Both the position numbers and the translations under genes were made by a program. DNA of 64,000 nt, taken from assembly GCF_044704955.1 (NCBI RefSeq), contig NC_091982.1:35340001-35404000 (forward strand). Reading direction: 5' to 3'. Below, in pieces: positions 47,384 to 60,527 of the stretch. Source of the DNA: Pristiophorus japonicus (Eukaryota). The notes beneath the pieces were generated by a model. The model was not told the origin of the DNA. It saw only the letters and a list, made by a program, of their open reading frames with translations, and did not search any database. The first letter of the stretch is position 1, and every line of letters begins with the position of its first letter.

Positions 47384-48599
47384 GGCTCTGGGACAGTGCT
47401 GTAGCGTTTCACATGAAATATCTTTTTTTCCCATGGCAGAGTCCCTAAAGCTCTGTAAAGTCAAAGGATGCTATGATTTACACAGGAAACGCCAAAGATC
47501 TGAGTAAAACAAATCATGAGGTTCCCCCCACATAGAAGTGTTTTACATAGATTTTTTGGCTTTTATGGAAATGATCAGGAAGTGATCAGGTTTCACCACC
47601 TACCTCCATCCCAACTTTGTAGAGCTCAAGAGAATACGAAAGCCATTCCATTCCATGAAAATCGAACAGACCTATTACTAGCAATTCTGAGCACCAATGA
47701 AGAAAAGGCTGTAAAACATTTAATGGTAAATTACCCTAGATGTCTCATTTGAATGATCCATTATGCTTTTCTGTTTATATATATTCCCAAATGCAGTGTT
47801 GAATTTTAATCTTCAATACAAAGTTGCTGACCCATCTTGGAAATGCTGAAATAATGCCATATCTGGTGTGTACATAAGGTCAGAAATACATTAAAGAGTA
47901 GTAAGTGATTACTTCAGCTCCAATCGACAGACAGCAATGGCAAGGAGGTGACTTATCAAACTTGAACGTGCTGTTTCCTCCCAACTCGGTGCCCACCTCT
48001 CTCTCAAAATTTCCTTAAAACTGGCTTCCAACTTGCTTACAATACCAAGGCCACTCTACCAAAGTATTGGCATTGTGACTATGACCATGGAATGCTATCT
48101 CTCCTTGTCCTTTACCTCTTCATGGCATTTGATACAGTCACCATCCTCCTCCATCACTTCTACACCATTGTCCAGGTCTATGGGGCTGTCCTCATGCAAT
48201 TCCACTTCAACCTGTCCTTACGCAGCTAGCACATCTCCAGCGATGGCTTCGCTTACACCTCAAGCATAGTTATGTCTGATGTCCTTCAAGAATCTATTCC
48301 TTGCCTCTTCCTCCAAGTGCTACATTGCACGGATTTCTCACATATACATTACACAAACCAGCAGCCTTGTCCTTACAGCAAAATATCATAGACCTGCTAA
48401 TTCGTGTGTGTCGAAAAACATCCCAAGTAGATTGACATGGTGGCCACTCCAGGTAAAGTTTTGGTGACTATTCAAAATTTAGTTGCAATTTTGTAGCAAA
48501 AGTGGAAAAAGGTGCTTCACAAAGACGTAATCATAAATAAATGGTCCCCGAGCCAAAGAAAATATTAAAAGGGGTGACTAAAAGGTCATTCAAAGAGGT

Positions 48600-49133
48600 A
48601 CATAGAAACATAGAAATTTGGTGCAGGAACTGGCCATTCAGCCCTTCGAGCCTGCACCACCATTCAATAACATCATGGCTGATCATTCAACCTCAGTACC
48701 CCTTTCCTGCTTTCTCTCCGTACCCCTTGATCCCTCCGGCCGTAAGGGCCATATCTAACAGCTCACACCGCCATCCAGCTTAGTGTCATCTGCAAACTTG
48801 GAGATAATACATTTAATTCCTTTATCTAAATCATTGATGTATATTGTAAAGAGCTGGGGTCCCAGCACTGAATTCTGCGGAACCCCACTGGTCACTGCCT
48901 GCCATTCTGAAAAGGACCCGTTTATTCCGACTCTTTGCTTCCTGTCTGCCAACCAGTTCTCTATCCACGTCAAAACATTACCCCCAATACCATGTGCTTT
49001 AATTTTGCACACTAATCTCTTGTATGGGATCTTGTCAAAAGCCTTTTGAAAGTCCAAATACACATCCACTGGTTCTCCCTTGTCCACTCTACTAGTTACA
49101 TCCTCACAAAATTCCAGAAGATTTGTCAAGCAC
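48600..49133 (-). mobile_element. CR1 with internal deletion (tail fused to RT core), inside an L2 tail
   Basis: Tail at 48600-48758 joined directly to LTNLLEF…LDFQKAFDK…KFADDTKL. Confidence 0.85.
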
Positions 49134-49224
49134 GTTTTAAGGAGTATTTTATATGAGAGGGAGGTGGAGAGCCAGAGGGGCTTAGGGAGGGAATTCGAGA
49201 ACGTGGGGCCTAGGTGGCTGAAGG

Positions 49225-49492
49225 TGTTATGTATGTATGTTAATGTATGTACTGTAACACAAGACCACTGAATGTACCTTCACACTGTTTACACCATACC
49301 TGTACCACCAGAGGGTGCTACTGGTAGAGACCTAAGGGTTACCTGCACACTGTAGGGAACCAAGTATAAAAGGGAGCTCACCTCTTGGTGTCCTCACTCA
49401 AGGAGCTGCAATAAACGGACTAAGGTCACTATAGTTCAAATACTATATCCTTATCTCGTGGAGTCATTATTAGAGTGCTTGCATATACCACA
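49225..49492 (+). mobile_element. Solo LTR
   Basis: TGTTATGTA…TACCACA ends; TATAAAA and AATAAA; flanks GAAGG/GAACG; interrupts an L2 tail (GGCTGAAGG|CACAGCCACCAAT). Confidence 0.85.
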
Positions 49493-50317
49493 GAACGCAC
49501 AGCCACCAATCATGGGGAAAAGCAAGGGGAGATACACAAAACACCAGAGTTACTTTTACATTCGTATGCTCATTGGTGAAGCTCATGGACAGTCAACTTG
49601 TACAATTTAATAAATGTGCTTAGGAAATGACACTAAGAGATGTGGTGGGCAGAACAGGCGAATTTGGTTTCAATGGGAAGGATCCATGCAAATCAGTAAT
49701 TCGTGCTATCATGAAACCCAGCAACACACTTTCAAAACCTGTAAGTCAACTTGATAGATTGGGTATGTTTTTTTTTGAAGGTTGGATCCCAACTAAGTTC
49801 TGGGTCTGATCCAACCTCTGAAATATGGTATAACCACAGCATTAGTCCAATTGTAAATTGATATCACAAAAAGAGAGCCTGCTAATGTGCTAAATATGGA
49901 GATTCAAATGTGAGAAATACAAGATGGAGAATGTGAAAATGTGGTTGGGTGCAGCCAGTTTGATTATGAAGCTTTGAGAAAACCCCGCAATGTTTTTTCC
50001 GAAGCTGAGTAACCAAACTGATGTTACTGTGTCTACATTCTGCAGGGTGTGGGCATGTTCACTGTACTAAAAGAAACTTGTATTTTCAACTTTGCTTCAG
50101 GGAAAACGTCCTTCAACATGACTGGGAATTATTGTAATGGATTCACATGGTGGTGGCCACTCCAGATAAAGTTTTGGTGACCATTCAAAATTTAGTTGCA
50201 ATTTTGTAGCATTGCGTCATCATCCATTTTCGGGGAAAAAAGACTTGGATTTATATAGCGCTTTTCACAACCACCAGACATCCCAAAGTGCTTTACAGCC
50301 AATGAAGTACTTTTGTA

Positions 50318-52485
50318 GGCCCCAAGTTTCCACGTGATTTGCTCCTGATTTTTAGGAGCAACTGGTGTAGAACGGAGTATCTTAGAAATTGGAATTTTCG
50401 TCATTTAGTTTGCTCCAGTTCTAGTCAGTTAGAACAGTTTCACTTTGGAACAGAATTTTTTTTTCAAAAGGGGGCGTGTCCGGCCACTTACGCCTGATTT
50501 CAAAGTTTCGTGAGTGAAAACTTACTCCAAACTAACTTAGAATGGAGTAAGTGAAAATTTTTGTACGCTCGAAAAAACCTTGTCTACACTTTAGAAAATC
50601 AGGCGTAGGTTACAAATCAGGCGTAGGGAATGGTGGGGGGGGGAGGTGTTTAAAGGGAAGTTTACAAACATTAAACACTTCAGTTTTACAAATAAAGAGC
50701 TATCATCAATAATAAATGATAAATACATCAATAAATCAACCAATAAATCAATCAAAAAAAATTAATAAGAAATAATTGTTTTTTTTAAATCAATAAATAA
50801 AACATTTTCTACTTACCGACTGCAGCACCGGGAGCCCTCCAACAGCGTGCTGGGACGCCCCCCTCAGTGTGTCTCTGTCAGTGTCTCTATCTGTCTGTCT
50901 GTGTGTCTCTCATTCTCTGTCAGTGTCTGTGTTTCTGACAGCGAGGGGAGGGGGAGGAGGAGGGTAGAGGGAGAGAGGGGGGGAGCAGAGGGAGGGAAGG
51001 GAGAGGGAAGGGGGAGAAGGGGGAGGGATGGGGAGAAGGGGGAGGGGGGGAGGGATGGGGGAGAAGAGGGGGAGGGGGAGAAGGGGGAGGGAGAGAAGGG
51101 GAGAAGGGGGAGAAAGGAGATGGGGGGAAAGGAGATTGGGGGGAAGAGAAAGAGATTGGGGGGGAAGGAGATTTGGGGGGGGAAGGAGATTGGGGGGGAA
51201 GGAGATTGGGGGGAAGGAGATTGGGGGGGAAGGAGATTGGGGGGGAAGAAGATTGGGGGGGAAGGAGATTGGGGGGGGGGAGAAGGAGATTGGGGGGGGG
51301 AGAAGGAGATTGGGGGGGGGGAGGAGATTGGGGGGGGGAGAAGGAGATTGGGGGGGGGAGAAGGAGATTGGGGGGGGGGGAGAAGGAGATTGGGGGGGGG
51401 GGGGGAGAAGGAGATTGGGGGGGGAGAAGGAGATTGGGGGGGGAGAAGGAGATTGGGGGGGGAGAAGGAGATTGGGGGGGGGAGAAGGAGATTGGGGGGG
51501 GGAGAAGGAGATTGGGGGGGGAGAAGGAGGTTGGGGGGGGAGAAGGAGGTTGGGGGGGGGAGAAGGAGATTGGGGGGGGGGAGAAGGAGATTGGGGGGGG
51601 GGAGAAGGAGATTGGGGGGGGGGGAGAAGGAGATTGGGGGGGGGGGAGAAGGAGATTGGGGGGGGGGAGAAGGAGATTGGGGGGGGGGAGAAGGAGATTG
51701 GGGGGGGGAGGGAGATTGGGGGGGGGAAGGAGATTGGGGGGAAGGAGAAGGGGGAGGGAGGCTGAACGGGCCGGGCCCGAGACTTCGGGCAGGGCCCGTC
51801 CCCAGCACCAGATTTACAGTTGGGGGCGTTGGGTCGGGTTGGGGGGGTGGTAGGAGGGAGGTCGGTTCGGTTCGGTTCAGGTCGGGGGGAGGGAGGTCAG
51901 GTCGGATCCAGTCCGGGGGGCGGGTGTCGGGTCCGGGAGAGCGGGTGTCGGGTTCGGTCCGGGGACGGGCGGGGGTTGGGGGGGGGGGGGGGAGTAGGGG
52001 GGGGTGGGTGTCGGGTCCAGCCCAGGGGGGAGAGAGCGGGTGTCAGGTCCGGGGGGTGGGGGTGTCCGGTCCGGGGTGGGGGGGGCGGGGGCGGGTGTCG
52101 GGTCCGGTCCGGAGGCGGGAGTCGAGTCGGGTCGGGAGGAAGCAGGAGCTGGCCGTGGGAGGAGCCTTATTCATGCAGCCCCAGTGAGGCCATTGGGCCA
52201 GGGCTAGGGGCTGCGTGTTTCGGCCCCTCCCACACAGTTTCAGGTGCCTGGAGCTACTGCACTTGCGTGCCCACTGTAGCGCGCATGTGCAGAGGTCCCG
52301 GCACTGTTTTCGGCGCAGGGACCTGGCTCCGCCCCCTACAGCTCGTGCTGCGCTGCGCCGAGGGCCAGAGGACCTGCAGGGAGGTGGAGAATCTGGAGGT
52401 TTTTTTTAGGCGCACTTTGTGGCGCGAAGAACGGGCGTCCAGGTCGGGACTGCGCCGTTCTAGGCGCAGCTCGAAACTTGGGCCC
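50318..52485. mobile_element. MITE family B, long copy with expanded G-rich repeats, inserted in a DeuSINE (50240-50317 plus 52486-52605)
   Basis: TIR GGCCCCAAGTTTC / GAAACTTGGGCCC; perfect TSD GTA at 50315-50317 and 52486-52488. Confidence 0.9.
50945..52135 (+). repeat. G-rich minisatellite (GGAGATT-Gn-AGAA)n at about 51115-51750, plus GGGTGTCGGGTCC-type repeats
   Basis: Directly visible tandem units with G runs of variable length. Confidence 0.97.
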
Positions 52486-53357
52486 GTAGTCAATGCTGTA
52501 ATGTAGGAAACGCAGCAGCCAATCTGTGCACCTCAAGCTCCCACAAATAGCAATGTGATAATGATCATGTGATAATGCTAATGTTTAGTCATTTTGATTG
52601 AGGGACTGCCCAGAATTTTCTCTGACTCACCTCATCGCTATCTTACAAGAGATGGATGTGTAAACAGAAAGAGATTTGAGTTGAAACAGCAGGATTACCT
52701 ACATGCAGCACATACGCTGGTTGTGGCTTGAGCTTGTGAAACAGACGCACACTGCAAAGTAGGTAAAACTAGGCTCATCATAGCAGAGGAGCTATTATTT
52801 GAGAGCATTTATGAAAAGTGTAAAACAGTTACTGGCTGGGACATGTATTGATTTTTTTTCAGTCAGTGCTGAAATTGGCTTGGCAACCAAGACTCCCACA
52901 CCATTCTGTGTCCTATCCGAGAGTCAATGCCCTCTGAAAATGAGCATGTGGGCCAAAAGCTCTGATCATGCTGAGCATGTTTCCTTGTAACTTTTTGATA
53001 AATGTATGACATATACCAGAAGGCTAACTTTCAATGTTACTAGTTGGCGTATGCACCCAAGAGTTGTGAAACTGTTTCTGAACCAGGGCTTTTAAAAGGA
53101 ACAAGGGCCAAGCACTATGACATTCTGAAAGCTACAGCAAAGTGGCTTCAGTACCTAAAAGTTAGGTGTCGTGTCCAAATAATCTGACGTACCTTCCTAT
53201 TGTGCTGTATATAGAAGCTGAAGGTACCAGTGACATTCATAATAAGTTCCAAGGATCATTTGTAGGCCAACTCCCTCACACCCATTGTCCTCAACAGACA
53301 TATTGCTCTCTGTGTGGGTAATTTTGACTTTTGGGTGATATCGTCAATAAAGAAACA

Positions 53358-53705
53358 AAAGACTTGCATTTAATATAGCGCTTTTTACATCCTCAGGACT
53401 CCCAAAGTGCTTTACAACCAATTAAGGACTTTGAAGTGTAGTCACTTTTGTAATGTAGGAAACGCAGCAGCCAATTTCAGCAAGAAAGATCCCACAAACA
53501 GCAGTGAGATAATGACCAAATCATGTGTTTTCGTGGTGTTGGTTGAGGGGTAAATATTGGCCAGGACACCGAGGATAACTCCCCTGCTCTTCTTTAAAAC
53601 CATGTGCCATGGAATCTTTGATGTCCATCTGAGAGAGCAAAAGGGGCCTCGGTTTAATGTCTCATCTGAAAGACGGCACCCCTGATAGTGCAGCACTCCC
53701 TCGGT
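53358..53705 (-). mobile_element. DeuSINE
   Basis: Deu domain and tail as in the other copies. Confidence 0.85.
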
Positions 53706-55257
53706 AAATTTGGCAAGTTGCCATTTTGGGTGTGTCAGGACAAAAAATTCAGAGCAGAACTTGCTCATATCAAGATTTCTGTTCAACAAACTGGAAACCT
53801 GCATGAATAGGACGAAGCATTTTAATCTTTTCAATGACTGCATCACCACTTTCGACACCACAGTGAGAAAAACAGCTATTTTTTTTCCCAAACGCCTTGA
53901 GTTAAGAAATGTTCTTTTGTTTCAGTATATTTCCTTAATTCTAAGTGTTGTAACTGTTACTATTAGAAACACAAAAACACAAAAACTGCCCAGATACCAC
54001 GTGCACAAACCTATGGATTTCGAGAGCTAAAAAAAATAGCTTTTTGCCACTCGAGGGTTAAAAGGAAAATACTTGGTCGTGTTAGTGTCTCTTTGTTTTA
54101 ATGGTTCTACTGATAACAGCCATCTCTGAAAGCCTGTTATTGGTTGCAAGGCTGTGAGCCAGAGTGAGGGAGCAGGTGCAGGTCCTAGGCCTCAGCAGCT
54201 GGGCCGAGAATGTGCAGAGAGCAAATGATTGGTGCATGCATGTTTTATGTATCGGGGTCTGTTCACCATTGTTTTGCCACTTTAAGATTCTGCACTGGAA
54301 ACGACAGCTTGGTAGATGCCAGGTGGTGGGCCTGATTCATAGTGGGGGGATGAAGAGGGAGGAGTTTAGTTTGCTATTTTCTCATTTGCGGCCTTACTAA
54401 AAAAAACACAAGCTATTTTTAAGAAACCCTTTGCACAGTTAGTGAAGTTCTTTTATATTCTTGATAGTTCTTTTGAGTTCTTGATTGCACCGGCTGGAAT
54501 TTTAGAAAATATAACAGGACATCAGGATTTAAAAATAAATACAAGTCTTTATTCCACCTACATTTTGTCATGCTCAGATATTAATTATGAATTTTTTTTT
54601 TAAACCAAATTTTCATAATCAGGAAAAGGAAGAAACAGATCTCAAATCATGATACGGTAACATCCTTATTTATGTGATCAGTGAGACATGGTAATCTGTT
54701 CTGTGGGCTAATAAATGGTACAGTATTCCTGTATAACCCAACTGCTTGAGGTGTAATTCTTCCTGGATAGGTCATTCGCAAAATAAGTAATTAAAGGGAA
54801 GTCCCCCCCTCATTAGTTTGGTGTAAGAATGATTTATGGTGATGACCCTCGATTAGGACAAGGTAAGCATACAATTACTGACAGGGTATCTATTGCACCA
54901 CATCACCTGCTGGCTATTTCTTCAGTAGCTGCGTCTTCTCAAGTTATTTTTACGCAGTATCTAGTAACTTCTATTTGAACACGTTGGTGCCCCAGTGGCC
55001 TGTGTCATAGAACAGGGAAACTAATAATTTACTTGCATCTCATTTCAGCACTATTTTTGAGAGGCCCACAAAGAGTGAAAATCAGAGGTCATGATACCCA
55101 GCCAAGTCATTCTTGCAAACTTCCTCTTAAACACCCACCTCTAAAGATCCATTAACAGCAAGAGACTCATCATCAAGTCTCCCTTTTCAACCTGGAGAAC
55201 AATGTGTAGAGTGGAGATACTGAATTCTAATTTTTTTTAAATGGAGGTCATATAATC

Positions 55258-55622
55258 TTGGCTGACACTTCAGTGCACTACTGAGGGAGAGCTGCACTGT
55301 CGGAGGTGCCGTATTTCGGATGAGACGTTAAACGAGGCCCTGTCTGCTCTCTCAGGTGGACGTAAAATATCTTGTGGCACTATTTAAAAGAAGAGCAGGG
55401 CAGTTATCCTCGCTGTCCTGGCCAATATTTATCCCTTAATCAACATCACTTCAAAACTGATTATCTGGTCATTATCATATTGCTGTTCATGGGACCTTGC
55501 TGTGCACTAATTGGTGGCTGCGTTTCCTACATTACAACAGTGACTACAATTCAAAAAGTACTTCATTGGCTGTAAAGTGCTTTGGGACATCCTGAAAGGT
55601 GCTATAGAAATGCAAGTCTTTC
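55258..55622 (+). mobile_element. DeuSINE lacking the tRNA head
   Basis: GGCTGACACTTCAGTGC…GGAGGTGCCGTATTTCGGATGAGACG…GCAAGTCTTT. Confidence 0.88.
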
Positions 55623-56032
55623 TTTTTAAAAAGTATTTGTATGATTCCCTCAAAAATAGAATCATGCTAAGAGTGTGTGTAAGGAGTTTGTGATGATGAA
55701 TACTGTACTATAAAGCTGAATCTAGGAGCACAAAACATTTGTGGTTCTCATTCTCTCAGAAAACTGCAAAACCTTTCGATACTCGACACAAACATAGCAA
55801 GTTGACCGTGATCTCAAACACATTTGGTTTCAGTTTCCCTGGAGGTGGTAAATTCAGTAAAACTCTTCTTACTATAAGCACAAAAGCACCAATGTCATTT
55901 CATCAGCTGACCGGTTACAGAATTCCTTCAAGAATGCAGGCCTGTAGATGAAAACTTAATTTTTAAAAACAGGTTTGGGTCAGGAGACAGTGAATTGCTT
56001 TTGAATGTTACAGCAGAGTTTATCCAACTTAA

Positions 56033-56803
56033 TACTGGGGATGTTAGCATGGACGAGGACGCTGATGTTGGTTCGTGTGTCATCCCAGGAGATTTGCAGG
56101 ATCTTGCGGAGACACCGTTGGTGATATATCTCCAGCGCCTTGAGGTGCCTTCTGTACATCGTCCATGCCTCAGACCCATACAGGAGGGCGGGTATTACTA
56201 CAGCCCTGTAGACCATGACTTTGGTGGTAAATTTGAGGGCCTGGTCTTCAAACACTCTTTGCCGCAGGCGGCCGAAGGCTGCGCTGGTGCACTGGAGGTG
56301 ATGCTGAATCTCCGCATAAATGTCTGCCTTTGTTGATAAGAGGCTCCCGAGAGGCTTCGCTGGGCAGACCACATAGTGCACATGCCAGATACGAGACTCC
56401 CTAAGCAAATGCTTTATGCGGAGCTCCTTCATGGTAAATGAGCCAAAGGAGGACAGCGGAAACGTTATAAGGACATTCTCAAAGCCTCCCTGGTAAAGTG
56501 CGACATCACCAGTAACACCTGGGAGACCCTGACAGCAGACCGCCCGAGGTGGAGAAAGTCCATCCGGGAGGGCGTTGAGCTCTTTGAGGCTCGACGCAAG
56601 GAGCATGAAGAGGCCAGGCGCAGACAGCGGAAGGAGCGTGCGGCAAACCAGCCCCACCGACCCCTTTCCCCAACGAATGTCTGTCCCACCTGTAACAGGG
56701 TCTGTGGCTCTCGTATCGGACTGTTCAGCTGTCAAAGAACTCACTTTAGGAGTGGAAGCAGGTCTTCCTCGATTCCGAGGGACTGCCTATGATGATGATG
56801 ATG
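56033..56803. mobile_element. RTE LINE with 5' inversion (56033-56351 minus, 56352-56803 plus)
   Basis: GSLLSTKADI…HANIPSI on minus; LRWADHIVHMPDTRLPKQ…CPTC and (GAT)n on plus; TSD ATCCAACTTAA at 56022-56032 and 56804-56814. Confidence 0.9.
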
Positions 56804-59800
56804 ATCCAACTTAAACAACAGCAACAACAATGTAAAAAAAAAGCCCTAGGGGTCATGGAAAGAAAAAAAAAGTAGCGAAAATGGATATCCAATATGGTGG
56901 GAGAATTGACTGAACATTGGTGAAAAAGATAGGGTTTGAGCAAGCCTTTTAAGGTAAAGGGGGATGTGAAGAGTAGATGCAGTTACGGATATAGCACCTA
57001 GAGAGCCACGATGCAAAGATAAGGAGGAGCAAGCAATTGTGGCGGGCAGATACAGTAACCTATCAGTCACATATCTGAGATCAATGAACTCAGTAAAGCC
57101 AGTTGCCTTTGGTTATAGCCAGGGAGCTGCAGCAAGGCTTACAGATACCATTGGTGACATACTAGTAAGAGCAAGCAGTCTGGTGCCCAATATGCCTGCT
57201 TTCATCTCGTACCAATTCAACCATAAAATAATACAATTGGGATGCTTTCCAAATAACCCCCATTGTTCACTTTACATTGTCCCACCAACTGGCATGGGAC
57301 TATGCTCAATGCATTAGATGCCCTGTTGTTCCCCAGCCCCATTTTAGGTCTGCTCCTATTGTACTACATTCTTTTTCTGCTGAACTGTCACAAGTTCTTC
57401 AATCACTCTCGGTTTATCTCTTCTCAGGGAGGTTGCACACAATATGCCACAGAAAAATAGCAACCATGTTCTGATAGCGAGAAAGAGAGAGCAAAAACTA
57501 AAACAAGTTAAAAGAGGGGGAAAACCAACAGCAGAAGCACAAATAAAAAGCTAGTAACAAAAAGCCATTGAAAAAGGGGAAAAATAAATTACAAATATTT
57601 CTGCCCCTTTAACAATTCCATTTATGGATGGAGCGCCTCGTTACACTCAGTGCTGATGGATGAACGCACAGTTCTGTCGTAAGTGGTAAAAAATCACTGA
57701 TGCTCCAGTTCGCATATATATTTAGGGCTTACTTCAACATTTAAATAAAGCTAAATATTAAGTAGCATCTGCTGTCATCAGCCTTTTTGGTAAGTCTCTA
57801 GATCTCTCCATTTTCCAATACAACTTGATTGTCATCCTCAAACAACAACAACAAGAATTTGTATTTATATAGCACCTTTAAAGTAGTAAAATATCCCAAG
57901 CCGCTTCAGGGGAGCATTATCACACAAAATTTAACAAAAAGCCACATATTAAGTCAGGTGACCAATACTTTTACATAACCAAGCAAACCTTTTATATTAC
58001 TATGCAATATAAACTGATGGCATGTGCACAAATGTTACTAACAGCCAAAATTTCAATTATATTTTGATCTCTCCTGTCATCCTTGAGGAAATCATTGCAC
58101 TGGGATAAAGAAAACATTTTCACTGAATAGAAATAAATAAGCAATGTTTCCCATGCACTGACAGTACCCTGCTGTAACCTTGTTAATCAGAATGTTCCAA
58201 TATACACTGAGACACAATTCAAGCAGAAGACAATGAATTAAGTCCAGTTGCAGCATAAAAAGATCTAAACAGGTTAGACCAAGATCAGTGGTACCACACT
58301 TGTTCTTCACATTAATCAATACGTCGTTATAAAGATGGGATTTATATAGCGACATCGGAGACATACAAGTAGCAGAAAACATCCTTACTGCTTAGAAATG
58401 AACAACCTCCATCAGTTTATACAATTGTATTTACCCTCGGAATGCACTCGAAGTGAACAGCTCTAGCCACTTCAGCAGGTTGACGTTTTGCGTTAGGATT
58501 CTCTATTTTCTAAGTGCAAGTCAGTCCATAGAGACATAGAAGGGTGGGGAGGTAGCAGGAGAGAAAGCAAACATTTTCTATGCCATAAGTTGCAATGCTA
58601 GACACTAAGTTAGCCATCTGAATAAACAAAATATTTGCCTAATGCTCAAAGTTAACACAAGGAGCTGGAATTCCAAGTTGAAAACTCCCAATGACCACAC
58701 CTTACCTTCTCACATCTGTTAATATCAGTACTGAACAGAGAAAAGGAACGATGATCAAGGTTGGTCATGTCAGACTTCATAGTAGTTACAAACTGGCAAG
58801 ACCTGCAATTTGCAGCAGCAATAACCAATAAGCACAGTTCTTCCTAAGAGCTACATGCTTTTCAAACAATTGTTAGGCTCCAGCTGTCTTGTTCTTTGAT
58901 TGAATCAATACAGGGGCAGCAAAAGCAATCTAACCAGAATGAGGAGGGTCAATTGAATTTAGATGGTTCATTGGTAAGAAATATTCGAGAATAAAGACCA
59001 TAGTGTCTGATTGTACATTCCTATTTCTGTTTTCAGAAGCAATGAAATTAAAAAGAAGTTGAGTGCCTTCTCATTACAAACAAAAAGAGTATTTTATTTT
59101 ATAACTTCATTCCCTTTCTCCTGAAGGTGCGTCTGAAAAATGTTTAAATAATTAGGAAAATAGTTTGTAAATCGAGCCATTTCAATCTCCCTTCACTTCC
59201 CCACCCCTGCAATATCTAGAATTGTTGGAGTGCCAAATATGTGTTTCAGCCAATTAGATGTATTACTTTCCAGGTAATGTTTGGGAAATGGAAACAGGAA
59301 AATAGAGCTTTAGCTAACTAGAAAACGTGGCTAAGGAGAAATAAAATGGCCGTCTGATGACTATCAATTGAAATTTATATATTTTTTAAACATATGGGTT
59401 TTATTTGGTAATTTTCTAGTGGCAGTCTCAATATCAGTAAAACAACCAAATGCCAATTTAAGTCATGTAGTTCCTTTAAGGGAAAATAGTTGTAAAAAAA
59501 TTCTAATTTTTTGGCTAGGAATTATTGTAAAGCTCAGTGGTGCTGCAAAGACAAAAATAACGGAGTACAGATTTAAGCGTCCCCGAGGCAGTCACCTTCA
59601 TAGCTTAGAGCACAGACTGAAGAATTGCTTCTCAGTTTAGATCAGTGATAGGAGATGCTTGACCCAGGATGACACACCATAGACTACAGTTGTTAGGTGG
59701 ATAATAGCAATTAGGTGGGTAATTGAAATGGTGGTCAGGGGGTTTACACTAAGTTCCTAACACGTTTCCACCCCTGCAATTTTAACACCCGGATTTTATG

Positions 59801-60079
59801 GATTATGGATGCCACCTGTCACAGACAGGCAGAGGCCTTACAAATATTGAAATGTCGGGGCTCAATGATGGATACTGCGATGTAATTTTTATATTGAAAA
59901 CTGCAATTCGTGCACAGTTTCAAATCCACCAATAACAACTGGTAGCAAGCAACATTGGGCGAGAAGAGGCCCATGTAAGTTATTAGCTTTTTAAACTTTA
60001 GAAAATGCTCCTGCAGGCCCAAACGAAAACTGTGGGGGATCTCTGCCTCGGGCTTTCCCCCACACCTGCTCTGGCCATG

Positions 60080-60527
60080 CCCTTGCTGCTGCTTTACATA
60101 CGTTGCCGGGACCATTTCCTGCTTCACCTTGTGGGCGTGCCTTCAGCTGCCAAGGCCCTAAGCGCTGGAATTCCCTGCCTAAACCTCACCGCCTCTCGAT
60201 CTCTCTCTCCTCCTTTAGAACGCTCCTTAAAACCTACCTCTTTGACCAAGCTTCACCCACCCTTTCCTTCAACAGCTGTCTGTCCCACCTGTGACAGAGA
60301 CTGTAATTCCCATATTGGACTGTACAGTCACCTAAGAACTCACTTTTAGAGTGGAAGCAAGTCTTCCTCGATTTCAAGGGACTGCCTATGATGATGATGT
60401 TGATGGTCATCTGACTTAATATTTCCTTATGTGGCTCGATGTCAAGTTTTGTTTGATAACGCTCCAGTGAAGCGCCTTGGGACCTTTTGCTACATTAAAG
60501 GCACGATATAAATACAAGTTGTTGTTG
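60080..60527 (+). mobile_element. L2 3' fragment with a short RTE 3' stub (about 60254-60404)
   Basis: L2 GACCAAGCTT|GGTCATCTG is interrupted by CPTCDRDC…SHLRTHF plus (GAT)n. Confidence 0.85.

Noticed and set aside
50847-52506. Long Gly-rich and Pro-rich ORFs (446, 314, 245, 226 and 228 aa)
   Set aside because: They result from a stop-poor G-rich minisatellite inside a MITE and are open in several frames on both strands
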